Source of the DNA: Octopus vulgaris
Taxonomy: Eukaryota
DNA: 64,000 bases
Reading direction: 5' to 3'
Assembly (NCBI GenBank): GCA_951406725.2
Contig: OX597831.1
Location: forward strand, 5,766,001-5,830,000
Shown: positions 37,900 through 51,725 of the stretch, one piece after another
Numbering within the stretch: position 1 is the stretch's first letter
Layout of the letters: each line of letters starts with the position of its first letter
Made by a program: the position numbers and the translations under genes
The notes under the pieces: generated by a model
Told to the model about the DNA's origin: nothing
Seen by the model: only the letters and a program-made list of their open reading frames with translations
Database searches by the model: none

Positions 37900-38515
37900 G
37901 ACATTGCCCCATCTGATTATCCTTTATTCCGCAGGCTTCAAAATCATTTGATCGGAAACAATATGAATTTTGTAGACGAAGTCAGAACAGTACTAGAGGA
38001 GTATTTTTCGTCATAGACAGGTGAATTTTGGAAGAGAGGCCTTGCAAGCCTACCAGATGGATGGAAGAGCATTGTAGAAAATGAAGGAGAGTACATTTTA
38101 GATTTAAAAAGAACTTTCTTTATCTTAATTTTGAAATATAAAAGGAGTATAAAAAAAAACCCGTGGAGGCGCAATGGCCCAGTGGTTAGGGCAGCGGACT
38201 CGCAGTCGGAGGATCACGGTTTCGATTCCCAGACCGGGCGCTGTGTGTGTTTGTAGAGCGAAAACACCTAAAAAGCTCCACGAGGCTCCGATAGGGGATG
38301 GTGGCGACTCCTGTTGCACTCTTTCGCCCCAACTTTCTCTCACTCTCTCTTCCTGTTTCTTGAGTAACGCTGTGATGGACTGGCGTCCCGTCCAGCTGGG
38401 GGGAACACATACGTCACAGAAACCGGGAAACGGGGCCCATGAGCCTGGCTAGGCTTGAAAAGGGCGCATAAATAATAAAATTTAAAAAAAAACTTTATTT
38501 ATGGGATGATCCAAT
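37900..38515 (+). mobile_element. Mariner 3' fragment interrupted by a family C SINE
   Basis: DIAPSDYPLF...FWKRGLASLPDGWKSIVENEGEY, with terminus ttatgggatgatccaata. Confidence 0.75.
38162..38478 (+). mobile_element. tRNA-derived SINE family C (head cgtggaggcgcaatggcccagtggttagggcagcggactcg)
   Basis: Box A tggcccagtggt and box B-like gtttcgattcc. Related copies at 39010-39312 (+), 55313-55703 (-), 28225-28494 (-), 22720-22975 (-), 34985-35245 (-) and 52670-52892 (-). Confidence 0.85.
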
Positions 38516-39791
38516 ATATATACACACAATTTAATTTTTATTATTTTCATTAAAAAAATTATTTAAGCAAAATTATCTAAGTCTGTATTTAAACCTAGGG
38601 GCTTATTTTTTGGTAAAAGCTGTATTTTAAAAATGAAATAAAATAAAATTGATTTTAAAAATACAATAAAGTCCGTTTAATTAGTCATCCTTAAGAGAAA
38701 ATTGAAAATCACCAATTAGGTGAAGTAATGAATTAGCCATAGATGAATTAGACTAATTCTACTGTATAAATGCTAACTAACAAATTTTACTTATGATTTA
38801 TTTGTCAGATTAATTAATTTTTTTAATGTTAAAGAATTGACTGAGCAGATGGTTGATTTGAAACGATTTAATGGCCATTTTACTGCAATCAATGTTTTTT
38901 TTCTTTTTGTAATGGGATTTCAATTCAAGAAAAAAAATCTTGTGCAATATTATTTACAACTTCATATTTTATTGTTTGTACTAGACACAACTAAATAAAA
39001 TGACTAAGCCGTGGAGGCGCAATGACCTAGTGGTTAGGGCAGCGGGCTCGCGGTCGTAGGATCGCATTTTCGATTCACAGACCGGGCGTTGTGAGTGTTT
39101 ATTGAGCGAAAACACCTAAAGCTCCACGACGCTCCGGCAGGGGGTGGTGGCGATCCCTGATCTACTTTTTCGCTGCAACTTTCTCTCATTCTTTCTGCTG
39201 TTGGCTTACTCGCTCAGCCAGCGGGGTGGCGTATTTGAAGGCTAAAATAATGCGAAGCGCATTGTGACCAGCGATGTGTAGCAACATCTGATAGCCTGGT
39301 CGGTCACGTGATTTCAAAAGAGATGATAAAAAAATTTGTTTAAATTTATTTTTGTACCATGTTTTTAAAGATTTACTTGTTTTTTAGATTCTCATAATAA
39401 ATAAAATAAATTACTTCAAATTTACCTAATGTAATGTATTTTAATTTTTAAAATGTTATTCTTAGCTGCAATATTTTAAGTACAGTAGATTTTAATTTTA
39501 AATACTTTTTAGTTTCTTTTACAAGTGACGAATTAGGGAAATTCTACTGTAGAAATCTTGTTCCGTATTTTTCCATATTAACATGCATGCACCCGCATTT
39601 TTCATTGTAATCCGCTTTTTTCCACGCAATACAATAAAACTAATAAATATTCTTTTGTTAAAAAATATTTGAATTATTTTTCATTGTTGATGATTGAATT
39701 AAAATAAGGATTTTATGTTGTGTTTTTTTTTATTTTAATTTTCACATATTTTTTCTTAAATTCTGAAAATAAGAAAAAGTTATCCCGACAG

Positions 39792-39948
39792 TTAATGCTA
39801 CAGCTTTAAATCTGCCCAGAGTTACCTCGCTTCGGAATATCCCATTGATAATGACTAAAGAGCTAGAACCGCTGTATCTGGAAATCCGAAGGGGTAAAAC
39901 TGGGCAGATATGGTAACTGTGATGAATTTGTCTTTAGATGTTGAACTA
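39792..39948. repeat. ~157 bp near-exact direct repeat (second copy 41071-41227)
   Basis: gttaatg(c/t)tacagctttaaatctgcccagagttacc...gtctttagatgttgaacta occurs twice, with one difference seen. Confidence 0.9.
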
Positions 39949-40274
39949 ATAGTTTCGTTGCATTGGCTAATATAAAAATTATTTTAATGATGCATCCACC
40001 GTAAGACATGAAAAGTCACCTGCCCTTTTGTTTTTACTGAACAGCATTACTAGAAACCTCCAGGTCTGTCCATTGAAAAAACAGAAACATAAACAATATT
40101 GTATCATTAAATTTTGAGGGATAGATTTTTTTCAAATGAAGTTTTCATACATATGCTAAAACCCCATGTTATGATACAATTTTCATAAACCAATTTAAAA
40201 CTGCAATTTCTATAAATAAAATAACATTGACTAAGTCGCGCTATTGGACCTCCGGATTGGAAAAAATTCAGCAG

Positions 40275-40523
40275 TGTTTAGGCATAAGCGAACTTTAGGT
40301 TAGTTAAAATATATTTGCGATATATTTCAAATTCTAAAGATAAATTCACTGCTGTTACCATGGAGAAAAAAAATTCTCTTGTACGGTAAAAGGTGTGAAA
40401 ACGCCATATCTGCCCAGAATCGCGACACTGGGCAAATATGGTAACTACAGCGAATTTGCCTTTAGGAGTTGAAATAAGTCAACAAACATTTTAATTAACC
40501 CGAAGTTCGCTTATGCCTAAACA
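40275..40523. mobile_element. MITE-like element with 36 bp inverted repeats
   Basis: tgtttaggcataagcgaactttaggttagttaaaat versus attttaattaacccgaagttcgcttatgcctaaaca (3 mismatches). Confidence 0.75.
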
Positions 40524-40529
40524 ACGCTT

Positions 40530-41057
40530 GGCGCTGATACTGTTGAATTTCAAAGTAAATTGAAGTGAAACAATAATAGGAGGATAACAACTGAAATGGT
40601 GACTGAGCAGACAACAAAGGTTCTGAACTGGAAATGTCCAGGTCAAAATGGGGTACAAGGGTACTGATGGAAAAACTTACCAGCATTATGTGAAAGAATA
40701 GCTGTGGATACCCACAGGGAAAATTGGTTCTTTGCCAAATGAACCCTGTTAAAGGAAATGCAGTGAATAATTACTGACCAATCTCTTGCCTACACTTGAT
40801 GTTGAAGTTGATGACAAGAATAATATCTCATTTGTGTATGACTTCCTTGAAATGAATGACAAACTGCCAGTGGAACTGAAGGGATGTAGGAAGAATAGAT
40901 GAGGGACAAAGGATAAACTTCTGATAGACAGAATGGTACTGAATAATTGTAAAAAACGATATACTAATCTGATTATGGCATGAATTGATTATGAGATGGT
41001 GTATGACGTGGTTCTCCATTCCTGGATTTTAGAAAGTCTTGAATTGGTATAGGTGTT
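40530..41057 (+). mobile_element. R4/Dong-type LINE reverse transcriptase fragment (decayed)
   Basis: Broken peptides KGNAVNNY*PISCLHLMLKLMT, LPVELKGCRK, GTKDKLLID, TNLIMA*IDYEMVYDVVLHSWILESL. Confidence 0.8.
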
Positions 41058-41634
41058 GACTGTGTTTTAGTTAATGTTACAGCTTTAAATCTGCCCAGAG
41101 TTACCTCGCTTCGGAATATCCCATTGATAATGACTAAAGAGCTAGAACCGCTGTATCTGGAAATCCGAAGGGGTAAAACTGGGCAGATATGGTAACTGTG
41201 ATGAATTTGTCTTTAGATGTTGAACTATGTCACAAACGTTTTAACTAGCTTAAAATTCGGTTATATTCTAGTTTCAAAACTGATTGTGATTAGGCAGAGA
41301 TTGATTTTTAACTGATAGTGTTCGAACGTGGATCAGTTTCCAAACTCATCTACCGTTGTAGAAGGCAACTGTACTTGTAATCTAGAATGTTACGATGTAA
41401 CTCCTCGATATTATACGCTTTTGCGCCGAAAATACCTAAAAATCCCGTCAAATAAATACTAACCCAATTCTTCTTAGAATGATGTCACATCAACATACAC
41501 TCCTGAAAGACCGATTTTCTTTCAAAAGTTCTGTACACCGGAAACATCTAAGAGAAATATTAAATCAAATTTATTTTTCTTGAATTTTTAAAAAATTTTC
41601 CTCAAAGTTAAAGTATATTTGAAGTATATCACAA

Positions 41635-42065
41635 GCACGGGGTGTATATGAATCGTCTAGATTAAAATATATCATTCTCTGGGTTTGTATAAATCATCTA
41701 GGTTGTAGTGTATTATACACACACTGGGTGTATATAAACCATACCAATTGAAATCTATCACTTACGGGTTGTATATAAACAATGTTATAGAGCGGGTATT
41801 ATTAAGAGTATTTAAACCAAAAAGATTATGCTTTGACTCTGATTTGGTGTATATAGAATAAGGCTATAGAATGTCTATGATTGGGTGTGCATGAACTAAA
41901 AGGCTTTACAAAGTCCTTGCAGTGTATATAGATTAACGAGGTTATATAATATCTATGACTGGGTGTGTATAAAACAACAAGGTTATACGGTGTGTATGAT
42001 TGGGTGTATATAAACCAACAAGGATATAAAATGTCACTGGGTGTATATTAAGCATCTGGGTTATG
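41635..42065. repeat. Degenerate ~40 bp minisatellite, ~10 copies
   Basis: A gggtgtatataaacc-like motif recurs near 41640, 41681, 41726, 41766, 41845, 41883, 41961, 42002 and 42039. Confidence 0.6.
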
Positions 42066-42222
42066 GAAATAACTATTTCCTTTAAATTTTCAAAATTATT
42101 TTCAAGCTCCCTGTGCAATGTGTAGAAGAAGCAAGTCAAGAAGAAGGAAACCACACTTACGTCTTAAAAGTCTCAACAATTATTCTTCTATCAGCAAATA
42201 AAATTTTGCCGAATAAGAAAGG

Positions 42223-42302
<80 letters not shown>

Positions 42303-42335
42303 GCGCACACACACATACACACACACAAGCACACA

Positions 42336-42410
<75 letters not shown>

Positions 42411-42413
42411 ACA

Positions 42414-42466
<53 letters not shown>

Positions 42467-42987
42467 ACAAGCACACACACACACACACACATATATATAT
42501 ACAGAAGTGCGCACCGTTAATTGAAAAGTTAACTTCGTTAATCACACTAATCCGTTAACCAAAAAGTTAACCCTTTCTACTGTTTGCACAAGGCTTGAAA
42601 TTTTGTGGGAGGGAACTAGTCAACTTAATCGACCCCAGTGTTTCACTAGTACTTAATTTATCGACCTCGAAAGGATGAAATGCAAAGTCGACCCCGGCGG
42701 AATCAGAACTCAAAGTAGAGGCAGGCGAAATACCTATTTCTTTACTACCTACAAGGGACTAAACATAGAGGGGACAAACAAGGACAGACAAACGGATTAA
42801 GTCGATTATATCGACCCCAGTGCGTAACTGGTACATAATTTATCGACCCCGAAAGGATAAAAGGCAAAGTCGACCTCGGCGGAATTTGAACTCAGAACGT
42901 AACGGCAGACAAAATACCTATTTCTGCTAGCTCGCCACCTTTGGCTATTTAAGTAATGCGCTGATAGATAGTTGATGGCTTGCATGT

Positions 42988-43032
42988 GATGCTGATGAGA
43001 GAGCAATAACTCCCGAAATATGCATATACACC
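42988..43032 (+). ncRNA. Minimal type I hammerhead-like motif
   Basis: gatg CTGATGA gagag caataa ctccc GAAA tatgcata TA cacc. Palindromic stem III, with one mismatch each in stems I and II. Confidence 0.65.
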
Positions 43033-43724
43033 TACTAGCTATTTTTTCTGTCTGTGATCGCATTCTTAACATAAAGTTTTTGTATACGAAACGCCATAAT
43101 TTTCAGTGTTAATTCTGAATTCTATAGAAAGTCCATAGAGATAAACTTCAAAATGATATATCAGCACACAGACTGTCTCCTCTTCGGCCGAGCCAGTTGC
43201 AATTTCTTCAAGTAGGACATGAAGAGAAAAGTGAGGAGGGAGTAGGATGGGCTTCCCTCAATAAGTTTACTAACAGGTAGGTAAGAGTGGGAAATAAGGC
43301 CCAAATAATTGGACCTGTACGTGCAGAACACAGGGGGGAGGTAGCATTTACACTTGGCGTTAAAAATAATCTTAAATCCGTGAGATTCTCTGAATCTGTA
43401 CCCAACACCCAACTACGTGTCCTTCCGGTTAGGATTTTATACTTTGTTTTACGTTTTATATTTAACGTATTTTTATACCGTTTTCTCGCACTTTGTCCTT
43501 GTAATGTCCTCGTCTGTCACCCTTGCGGCAAATATACAGTTATTATGCATTATTTCTCCTGGCTCTTTACGGTCCGTGTTCAAATCTCGCTGAAGTCAAT
43601 TTTGTCTTCAGTGTGCACTGGGGGCCGATCATACAAAGTATCAGTGAAGTGCCTTAATACTGGGGTTCGATGTTATCAAATTGCCGGCTACAGACCAAAA
43701 TAAGAAACTACACTACTACTACTA

Positions 43725-44160
<436 letters not shown>

Positions 44161-44473
44161 AAATATTAATGACAGTTAATGAAGGGACAAAAGGAAGCAA
44201 TAATTCAAGAATGTATGATCAATTAAAGATGGCGACCTTCAGATTAGATTCGTCGATTGTTTGATGGCGTGTATGTGGTGAAACGTCATCAATAAAACTC
44301 AAACATCGAGACAGCGAAACAGTGGGATAAAAAAACAGGCAGACATCTCCTCTATGTCTGCTCGAGCAAATTGATTTCCAGGAATCCAATTTGACAAATA
44401 AATATATTAGTTGTTCGCATAAACATACATATACACGTATGAGTGTGTGTATGTGTGTGTGTGTGTGCGCGCA

Positions 44474-45055
<582 letters not shown>

Positions 45056-45153
45056 TTTGTGTCGAGTTATAATAAAAACTATTGAACATGCAACCGAAGA
45101 AATGCACCATATTTTTTGGTAGAGTTCACGTTTGCTAAATTTTTACAAGAAGT

Positions 45154-45251
45154 AAGGTGACAGTGACTTCGAAGTTTCAGCCTGCTATCTTTCTTCGGAC
45201 AGTCCGATGACGACGGCTAGCAAGCCGAAGCTTCGAAGTCACTATCACCTT
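45154..45251. ncRNA. Palindromic back-to-back pair of hammerhead-like motifs (C4 core variant)
   Basis: Plus: gacagt CCGATGA cgac ggc tagcaa gcc GAAG cttcgaag TC actatc. Minus: gactgt CCGAAGA aag atagcagg ct GAAA cttcgaag TC actgtc. They share the centre cggac-a-gtccg. Confidence 0.6.
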
Positions 45252-45344
45252 TCTTTTGAAAGTCAACACCCAGAAAAGAGATTTTAAACTATAATTAACT
45301 TAATATTATGTAAATTAAATTTGCATTCGATTCTTAACTACATC

Positions 45345-45400
<56 letters not shown>

Positions 45401-45497
45401 CGGGAAGCTTTATGAAAATAAAAAAAAGACGAAGGCAGGTGGAATACAAACAAACAATTGTATTAGTATGGCGCTCAGGAATATAAATGAAACAAGT

Positions 45498-45533
45498 CTT
45501 TTACGTTTCGAGCCTACGCTCTTCAACAGAAAG
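45498..45533 (-). ncRNA. Minimal hammerhead-like motif with U6 core (CUGUUGA) inside a ~200 bp (TA)n-flanked element (45398-45600)
   Basis: Minus strand: cttt CTGTTGA a gagc gtag gctc GAAA cg TA aaag. Inverted homologue at 46036-46071 (+). Confidence 0.6.
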
Positions 45534-45595
45534 ATACACAGAAAAGAAACAAGGAGAGAAAAAAAATGCGTGCAGAAGCTAGCGAATCAATATGG

Positions 45596-45681
<86 letters not shown>

Positions 45682-45727
45682 GGAGACAAACGCCCAGGAT
45701 GTTATTAAATCATTTATATCTTCACAT

Positions 45728-45812
45728 CACCGACATATGTTTCGATGGATGCATTCAAAATAAATCCGACGGGATGAATAATGTGGAGCAATGCATCAAT
45801 CTTGTCAGGGAG
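45728..45812 (-). ncRNA. Degenerate hammerhead-like motif with long stem II
   Basis: Minus strand: ctcc CTGACAA gat t gatgcatt...aatgcatc c atc GAAA catatg TC ggtg. G8 appears mutated to A. Confidence 0.55.
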
Positions 45813-45899
45813 GATATAAACAACAGTGTGCATCAATTAGACATTTTAACAGATGTAAGAAAACACCAGGATGTGACGTGTATATATATATATATATGT

Positions 45900-45981
<82 letters not shown>

Positions 45982-47153
45982 TTGACTGCTAAATCCACAA
46001 GTTTTTTATTCTCTCTCTGTTTATTTTGCGTGTTCCTTTCTTTTGAAGAGCGTAGGCTCGAAACGTAAAAGATTTTCTCAACTTCCCGAGCGTCAAACTA
46101 ATACACCTGCTTGTTCACAGACACAGAAAAGAAGGAAAACCGCTCAGGGTTTATAATTATTTTTATCATTATTATGCGATGTCTTTTTCTTATGAGTGAG
46201 AAATCATATATAAGAATATTTCCATATAATTCCATTTTCTTTCTCGTTTTTTCTTTGTATTGTTTTGATTTGGATATCCTAGCAGCTGCAGTTAACTTTA
46301 TTTCACTCTCATTTGGAGCTTATCGATGCAATATAACCTGGGAACATGAAACTAGATGATCTATGTTCATTTAAAACATTTAGTAATTATATACGCTCGA
46401 TTTTCTTTTCTTCTTTTTTTTCTTACTCTCTTAACGGTGGAGAAAAGAAGTGAAGAGAAAGAGGGAGAGCAATGAAAGCCTCTGAGTCATTCAAAATTAA
46501 AATTAACAGTATACACTCTACGATCGATATTTTCTATTCTCTTTACTTTTTACAGTGGAGGGGAGATGAAGAGAGAAAGATATTGAGTGATAGACAGAAT
46601 GAAAGTCTCATACATGTCTAGAATTTCATTCTGGAAGTCCTTGAAGGATCTTATTTCATTTCTCCTGATTACTGTAATTTTTTTCCAGTACTTATTCACC
46701 TTGTTTGATTGTTCTTCACGTACACTACGTAAAGCCCCTTTGTGTTTTTTGCGAAGGGAAGTCGAAAATTATCCGCACTTTTGCCAAAACTTTCTTTTAG
46801 ATTTCTTTTGTAGTTCTTCCGTGTTGCAGATTTCGAAATTTTTTTTCCCCCGAATTTCATAGTTTTTTATCACAATATTTGCATCTGTGAAATAGGACAG
46901 CTTGGAACCGTCCATTTGCATGTCATAAGACCCATTTACATTTCATAATACAGCTTGTACGTATATCCTGAATGTAGTTTTATATGAATTAATTTTTAAT
47001 AATTGAATGTGTTAACTTTTACAGATGGAGAAGGAAGTAATAAGGAGGTATTTAATGAAAGCTCTTCCTAAGGGTAAACTCTATATCGTTCATCCTTCCT
47101 TATGGAGAGAAAGATATGTATATATATATATATATATATATAATTGTTAAGGC

Positions 47154-47226
47154 ACGGTTACTGATGAGGATTCGCCTAGTAAATTATCTTATTTGCTAAA
47201 ATAATCTGAAAACTAGGTATAACCGT
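47154..47226 (+). ncRNA. Type I hammerhead ribozyme with extended stem II
   Basis: acggtta CTGATGA ggatt cgcc tagtaaat tatctt atttgcta aaat aatct GAAA actagg TA taaccgt. Perfect 7 bp stem I. Confidence 0.8.
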
Positions 47227-47461
47227 AAATAATAACAAATTGCTCTTAAATGTGGTTTTGGTAGTTTTGACTGCTTCTTCTAGCGTGTAAAAATTACCTA
47301 TTAAAGGTAATCTTCTCTTGTGTTTAAATGTACACTATTTTACATATATATATATATTGCTAGAAAAGGTAAGGCAACAAAAGAATGAAAGAGACCTCGA
47401 TATTATGTAAATAGCGGAATTTATCTGTAAAAGTAATATGTGACAATTATTCGGTAGCCAT

Positions 47462-47522
47462 GATAAAACTCCGAGTTTCGGATGTCGGGGTGGAAATCCA
47501 CGCCGCCATCTCTTCAGTTATC
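47462..47522 (-). ncRNA. Type I hammerhead-like motif
   Basis: Minus strand: gataa CTGAAGA gatg gcggcgtgga ttt ccaccccga catc c GAAA ctcggag TT ttatc. Confidence 0.7.
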
Positions 47523-47771
47523 CGGCCATCGGAAAAAATGCTACGAAAAAAAAGTATATATAAAGAGAGACAGATAGAGAGAGAGAGAGAGAGAATGAAT
47601 GATTAATAGTATTAATATTAGTAAAATTAATTTGAAATTTACCTACCTGTATTCTTCGGATATCTTTCAATGGACTGATATATTTTCTTTGAATCATTTA
47701 GTAAAAAAAACATGAACGACATTGCTGTGAAAAAAGGTCACGCTTTTGATATATGGTTAGCCAATGTGGTG

Positions 47772-47874
<103 letters not shown>

Positions 47875-49304
47875 TCACATATACCCAAAAACCAGCTCTT
47901 TTGCATGAAATCAAAACTGTTATCTCTTCTATGATTTTTTTCGCCTTTCTGCTGAATTAATACGCCAGGAAGTAATCGAACAGGCTTTCCTTTCATTTTC
48001 TCTCGATGATATGTTTTGTTTCATAGCTTGCGCTTGTGTGTGTATGTGTGTATGTGTGTGTGTATGTGCGTGTGTGCGTGCGTGCGCATATGTGTTTATG
48101 TCTCTGCGCATGTGGGTGTTCTTAGGAAATGCATGAACATTACAATATTCCATTCCCCTTGTTCCTTAAAGCATAATACCTGTGTCCGTTCGATGCACTT
48201 GTTTGAAAAATGCTTTGATCTGAAATTGCGTGTTGAAACTAACTGCAATATTACAGTCATATTAGCCAAGTAAAACCCACATAAACCGTTGTGTCAGTTC
48301 TGTTTTTAAGTTTTACAATAGTATTAAATAGCAACTTGTTCCGTTTACGACATACTCGTTAAGTATCGGGCCGTTAATGTGCATCGTGAGACTTTTGATA
48401 CTTAATAATATAACTATTTATATAAACCGAAGTGAATATAACAGTGATAATAATGTGAATTTCAAATTGCTAATATATCTTTAGTATGCTACAACAGTAA
48501 GCTTGGGTCTTGTTCAAGAGATATAAATACCTCTCAAAGGAAGGCACAGTTATCAGGTTTGCAGAAACAGCAACATAGATTCAGTCGCCATCTCTGGATA
48601 ATATACTTCACTTGGGAAAGCATAAACGTCACAGTACTTCATTCTCTAAAAGTGTCACACTTTCCCTACGGCGAAATAAATAAATTTATTTATTAAATAT
48701 TTGAAGTATATCGGTCAACACCACGATAAGCTACTTCTTGTTCGAAACTGAGATTCGGTTTCGATTCGCAGCTGACCTAAATTTACGTCACTCGTCACAA
48801 ACGTCCTTGGAAAACAGCGCTGGCAGCAGACATTTTTGTACGAGGATTTATCTTCAACTTTAATTGGGTGGGGCTAGATTCTGTAGATGTATGGAGTATA
48901 TTTCACAGTTTCTGGCAATAAAACATTATATATTTTTATCAATAATCTACATGTGCGTTTAAAGAGAGGGGAGAAAAGTATATACGTACATAAAGCGAAA
49001 CATACAGCCTTTGTACGCTGACTATAAATTTTCATTTGTAAATATCATCCTAGGTGCATTAAACTATTTAACTATGAGCTCACACAAAAACCTAGAAATG
49101 CTAGGATTTCCTCAGAAAGAGCTAAAGAAACTGACTTGCATCCTCCAACTCCCATCTATCAGCAGCACAGTGAAAAGTTTGAAGACATTCCCAAGATTCT
49201 CATGAGATTCTTTAAATGAATATATGTACACAATTTAGTGAATTCATCTACAAAGACACATATTTAAAAAGTAATGATGCACACACATACACATACACGC
49301 ACAC

Positions 49305-49660
49305 GCGGACACAGAACATATGTGCATAGATGTACATACGTATATACACACACTAACTCAACGACATATTGATAAATCTATTTACTCAAAAAGTCTTGTC
49401 ACGTTGTTAGCGGCCGGTCAGACCTCCACTAAGAAGAATATAAATATATCATGCATACACATGTAAATAAACGTGCACACACACATGCGCGCGCACAGAA
49501 CATATGTGCATAGATGTACATATGTATATACACACACTAACTCAACGACATATTTATAAATCTCTTTACTCAGAAAGTCTTGTCATGTTGTTAGCGGCCT
49601 CTAAGACGAATATAAATATATCATACATACATAGATACATACACAAATAAACGTACACAC
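49305..49660. repeat. Tandem duplication, ~185 bp x2
   Basis: acagaacatatgtgcatagatgtacata...aagtcttgtca.gttgttagcggcc...gaatataaatatatcat occurs twice. Confidence 0.85.
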
Positions 49661-50328
49661 ACACACATACACATACACGCACACATACATATGTATACGA
49701 CGGATTTCTTCCGATATCTATGTACCAAATCTACTCACAAGTCTTTCGTCAGCCCGATGCTTTAGAAGAAGTCTCTCGCGCAAGGTGCCACGCAGTTGGG
49801 CTGAACCGAAAACCATGTCGCCGGGAAGCAAACTTCTTACCACAAATCCACGTCTGCACCTGTTTATACAAATATTTTTGTTGGTAGCTAACGAAATGGC
49901 TAGTCATTCGGATTCACCCATCTCTAAGCTTCTGAAACGAATGTTTCTCGTCGGACAGGTTTTAAAGCACGTATATATCTACGGGATTTTCTCCAACTCA
50001 GTTTATAAAACCCTACAATGCCCCGGGGTCCGTTATATTCCTCAAATTTTTCTTCTTTTCATCAACAATCCACACTACTGAGATGTCACAAATCTTCACG
50101 CCTGAGATGGTTTAAATTTTCACTTTTCGACACAGGCTTGGGAACAGGAGGTACTGGGAGGTGCAAGCACACCCATTAAAATTTTGTAGGAAGTGAAGGC
50201 ATTCGGTGAACATTCGGTGTTGGATCTGGGTTTGCACCCACTTAGTAAACTACGTTCCCGCGCCTATGTTTTTTGATAACCTTAGGCACACGAGCGTCAT
50301 CCACTCGTAAAGGACTCTTAATATATAT

Positions 50329-50742
50329 ATTTCTTTATTATCCACAAGGGGCTAAACATAGAGGAGACAAACAAGGACAGACAAAGGTATTAAGTCGATT
50401 ACCTCTACCCCAGTGCGCAACTGGTACTTAGTTTATCGACCCCGAAAAGATGAAAGGCAAAGTCGACCTCGGCGGAATTTGAACTCAAAACGTAATGGCA
50501 GACGAAAAGCCTATTTCTTTACTACCCACAAGGGGCTAAACACAGAGAGGACAAACAAGGACAAACAAACGGATTAAGTCGATTATATCGACCCCAGTGC
50601 GTAATTGGTACTTAGTTTATCGACCCCGAAAAGATGAAAGGCAAAGTCGACCTCGGCGGAATTTGAACTCAGAACGTAACGGCAGACGAAATACGGTTAA
50701 GCATTTCGCCCGGTGTGCTAACGTGTCTGCCAGCTCGCCGCC
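50329..50742 (-). mobile_element. Dimeric SINE family A
   Basis: Two tandem body copies with junction gacgaaaagcctatttctttact. Same structure at 54385-54781 (+). Confidence 0.88.
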
Positions 50743-51162
50743 TGGACGTACTTAAGGGCATCCTCCAACGGACAAATTATGAACAAGTCTCTTTAGGTAG
50801 CATCGAAGCAGAGTTACTGTACATGACAAGGAAATAAAAAGTGCCACTTAGGGGCAAGACCTAACTAAATAATATATACACTAGCTGGCTCCGTGCTGTC
50901 AAAAATGACGGCTAGTTGTAGCATTTTGTATATAAATATGGATGGTAAATCAAATTAATACACTCGTCAATGTTATTTAGTGGTTGTGTTTTGACATGTG
51001 ATATCGATCATCGTTTGTTACTGAAAGAACGCTGGTTCACACATACAAACATTCACATACTTCCCTTGTAAACGCACACATATACAGACATGTACTCACA
51101 CAGAGTTGAAACGCTGTTTGATTTTCCTTTTCAGCGCTGAATGTTCACCATCCTATTTCATT

Positions 51163-51223
<61 letters not shown>

Positions 51224-51725
51224 TTCACATACCTCCCTTTTACATGCTAACACCGATTTGAAACGCACCCATTACCAAGTGTGTCATCACCCCTTCTGTC
51301 CTTATTCATCTATTACTCCTTCCTTCCTCATTCATATGTTGTGTCGGAGAAAAACACAAGAGCATTCTCATAGTAGATTATAGTTCGTTCTGACAGAACA
51401 CCCAAGTTTAAGTGGAGATAAATATTTCCTCCACCTATTAATTCTACCCTTGTCACTAATATATATTTTTTAACAAGCTCACTGACTGATCGCAACACCA
51501 GTGTGTGTTGTGGCAGTATTATTCTATATATCGCTGGTGGAGAGATGAGTCATTGCTACCTCTGGTAGTCAAGTAAAATGTTCTCGTGTAAAGGCAAAAG
51601 TAAGCCAAAATATTTCTGTTAAATTATATCATAATTCAAACAACAATTGCAGCGTGGAAGATGTTTATAAGCCATTTAAGAAACACACAAAAACCGTTAG
51701 ATTCACTTCAACATTTAAATTTAAT

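Noticed and set aside
38170-38240. Functional tRNA gene
   Set aside because: It is a tRNA-like SINE head with no proper acceptor stem, always followed by the same SINE body.
48740-48810. Minus-strand GTGACGA...GAAA hammerhead-like boxes
   Set aside because: Stems I and III could not be formed convincingly.
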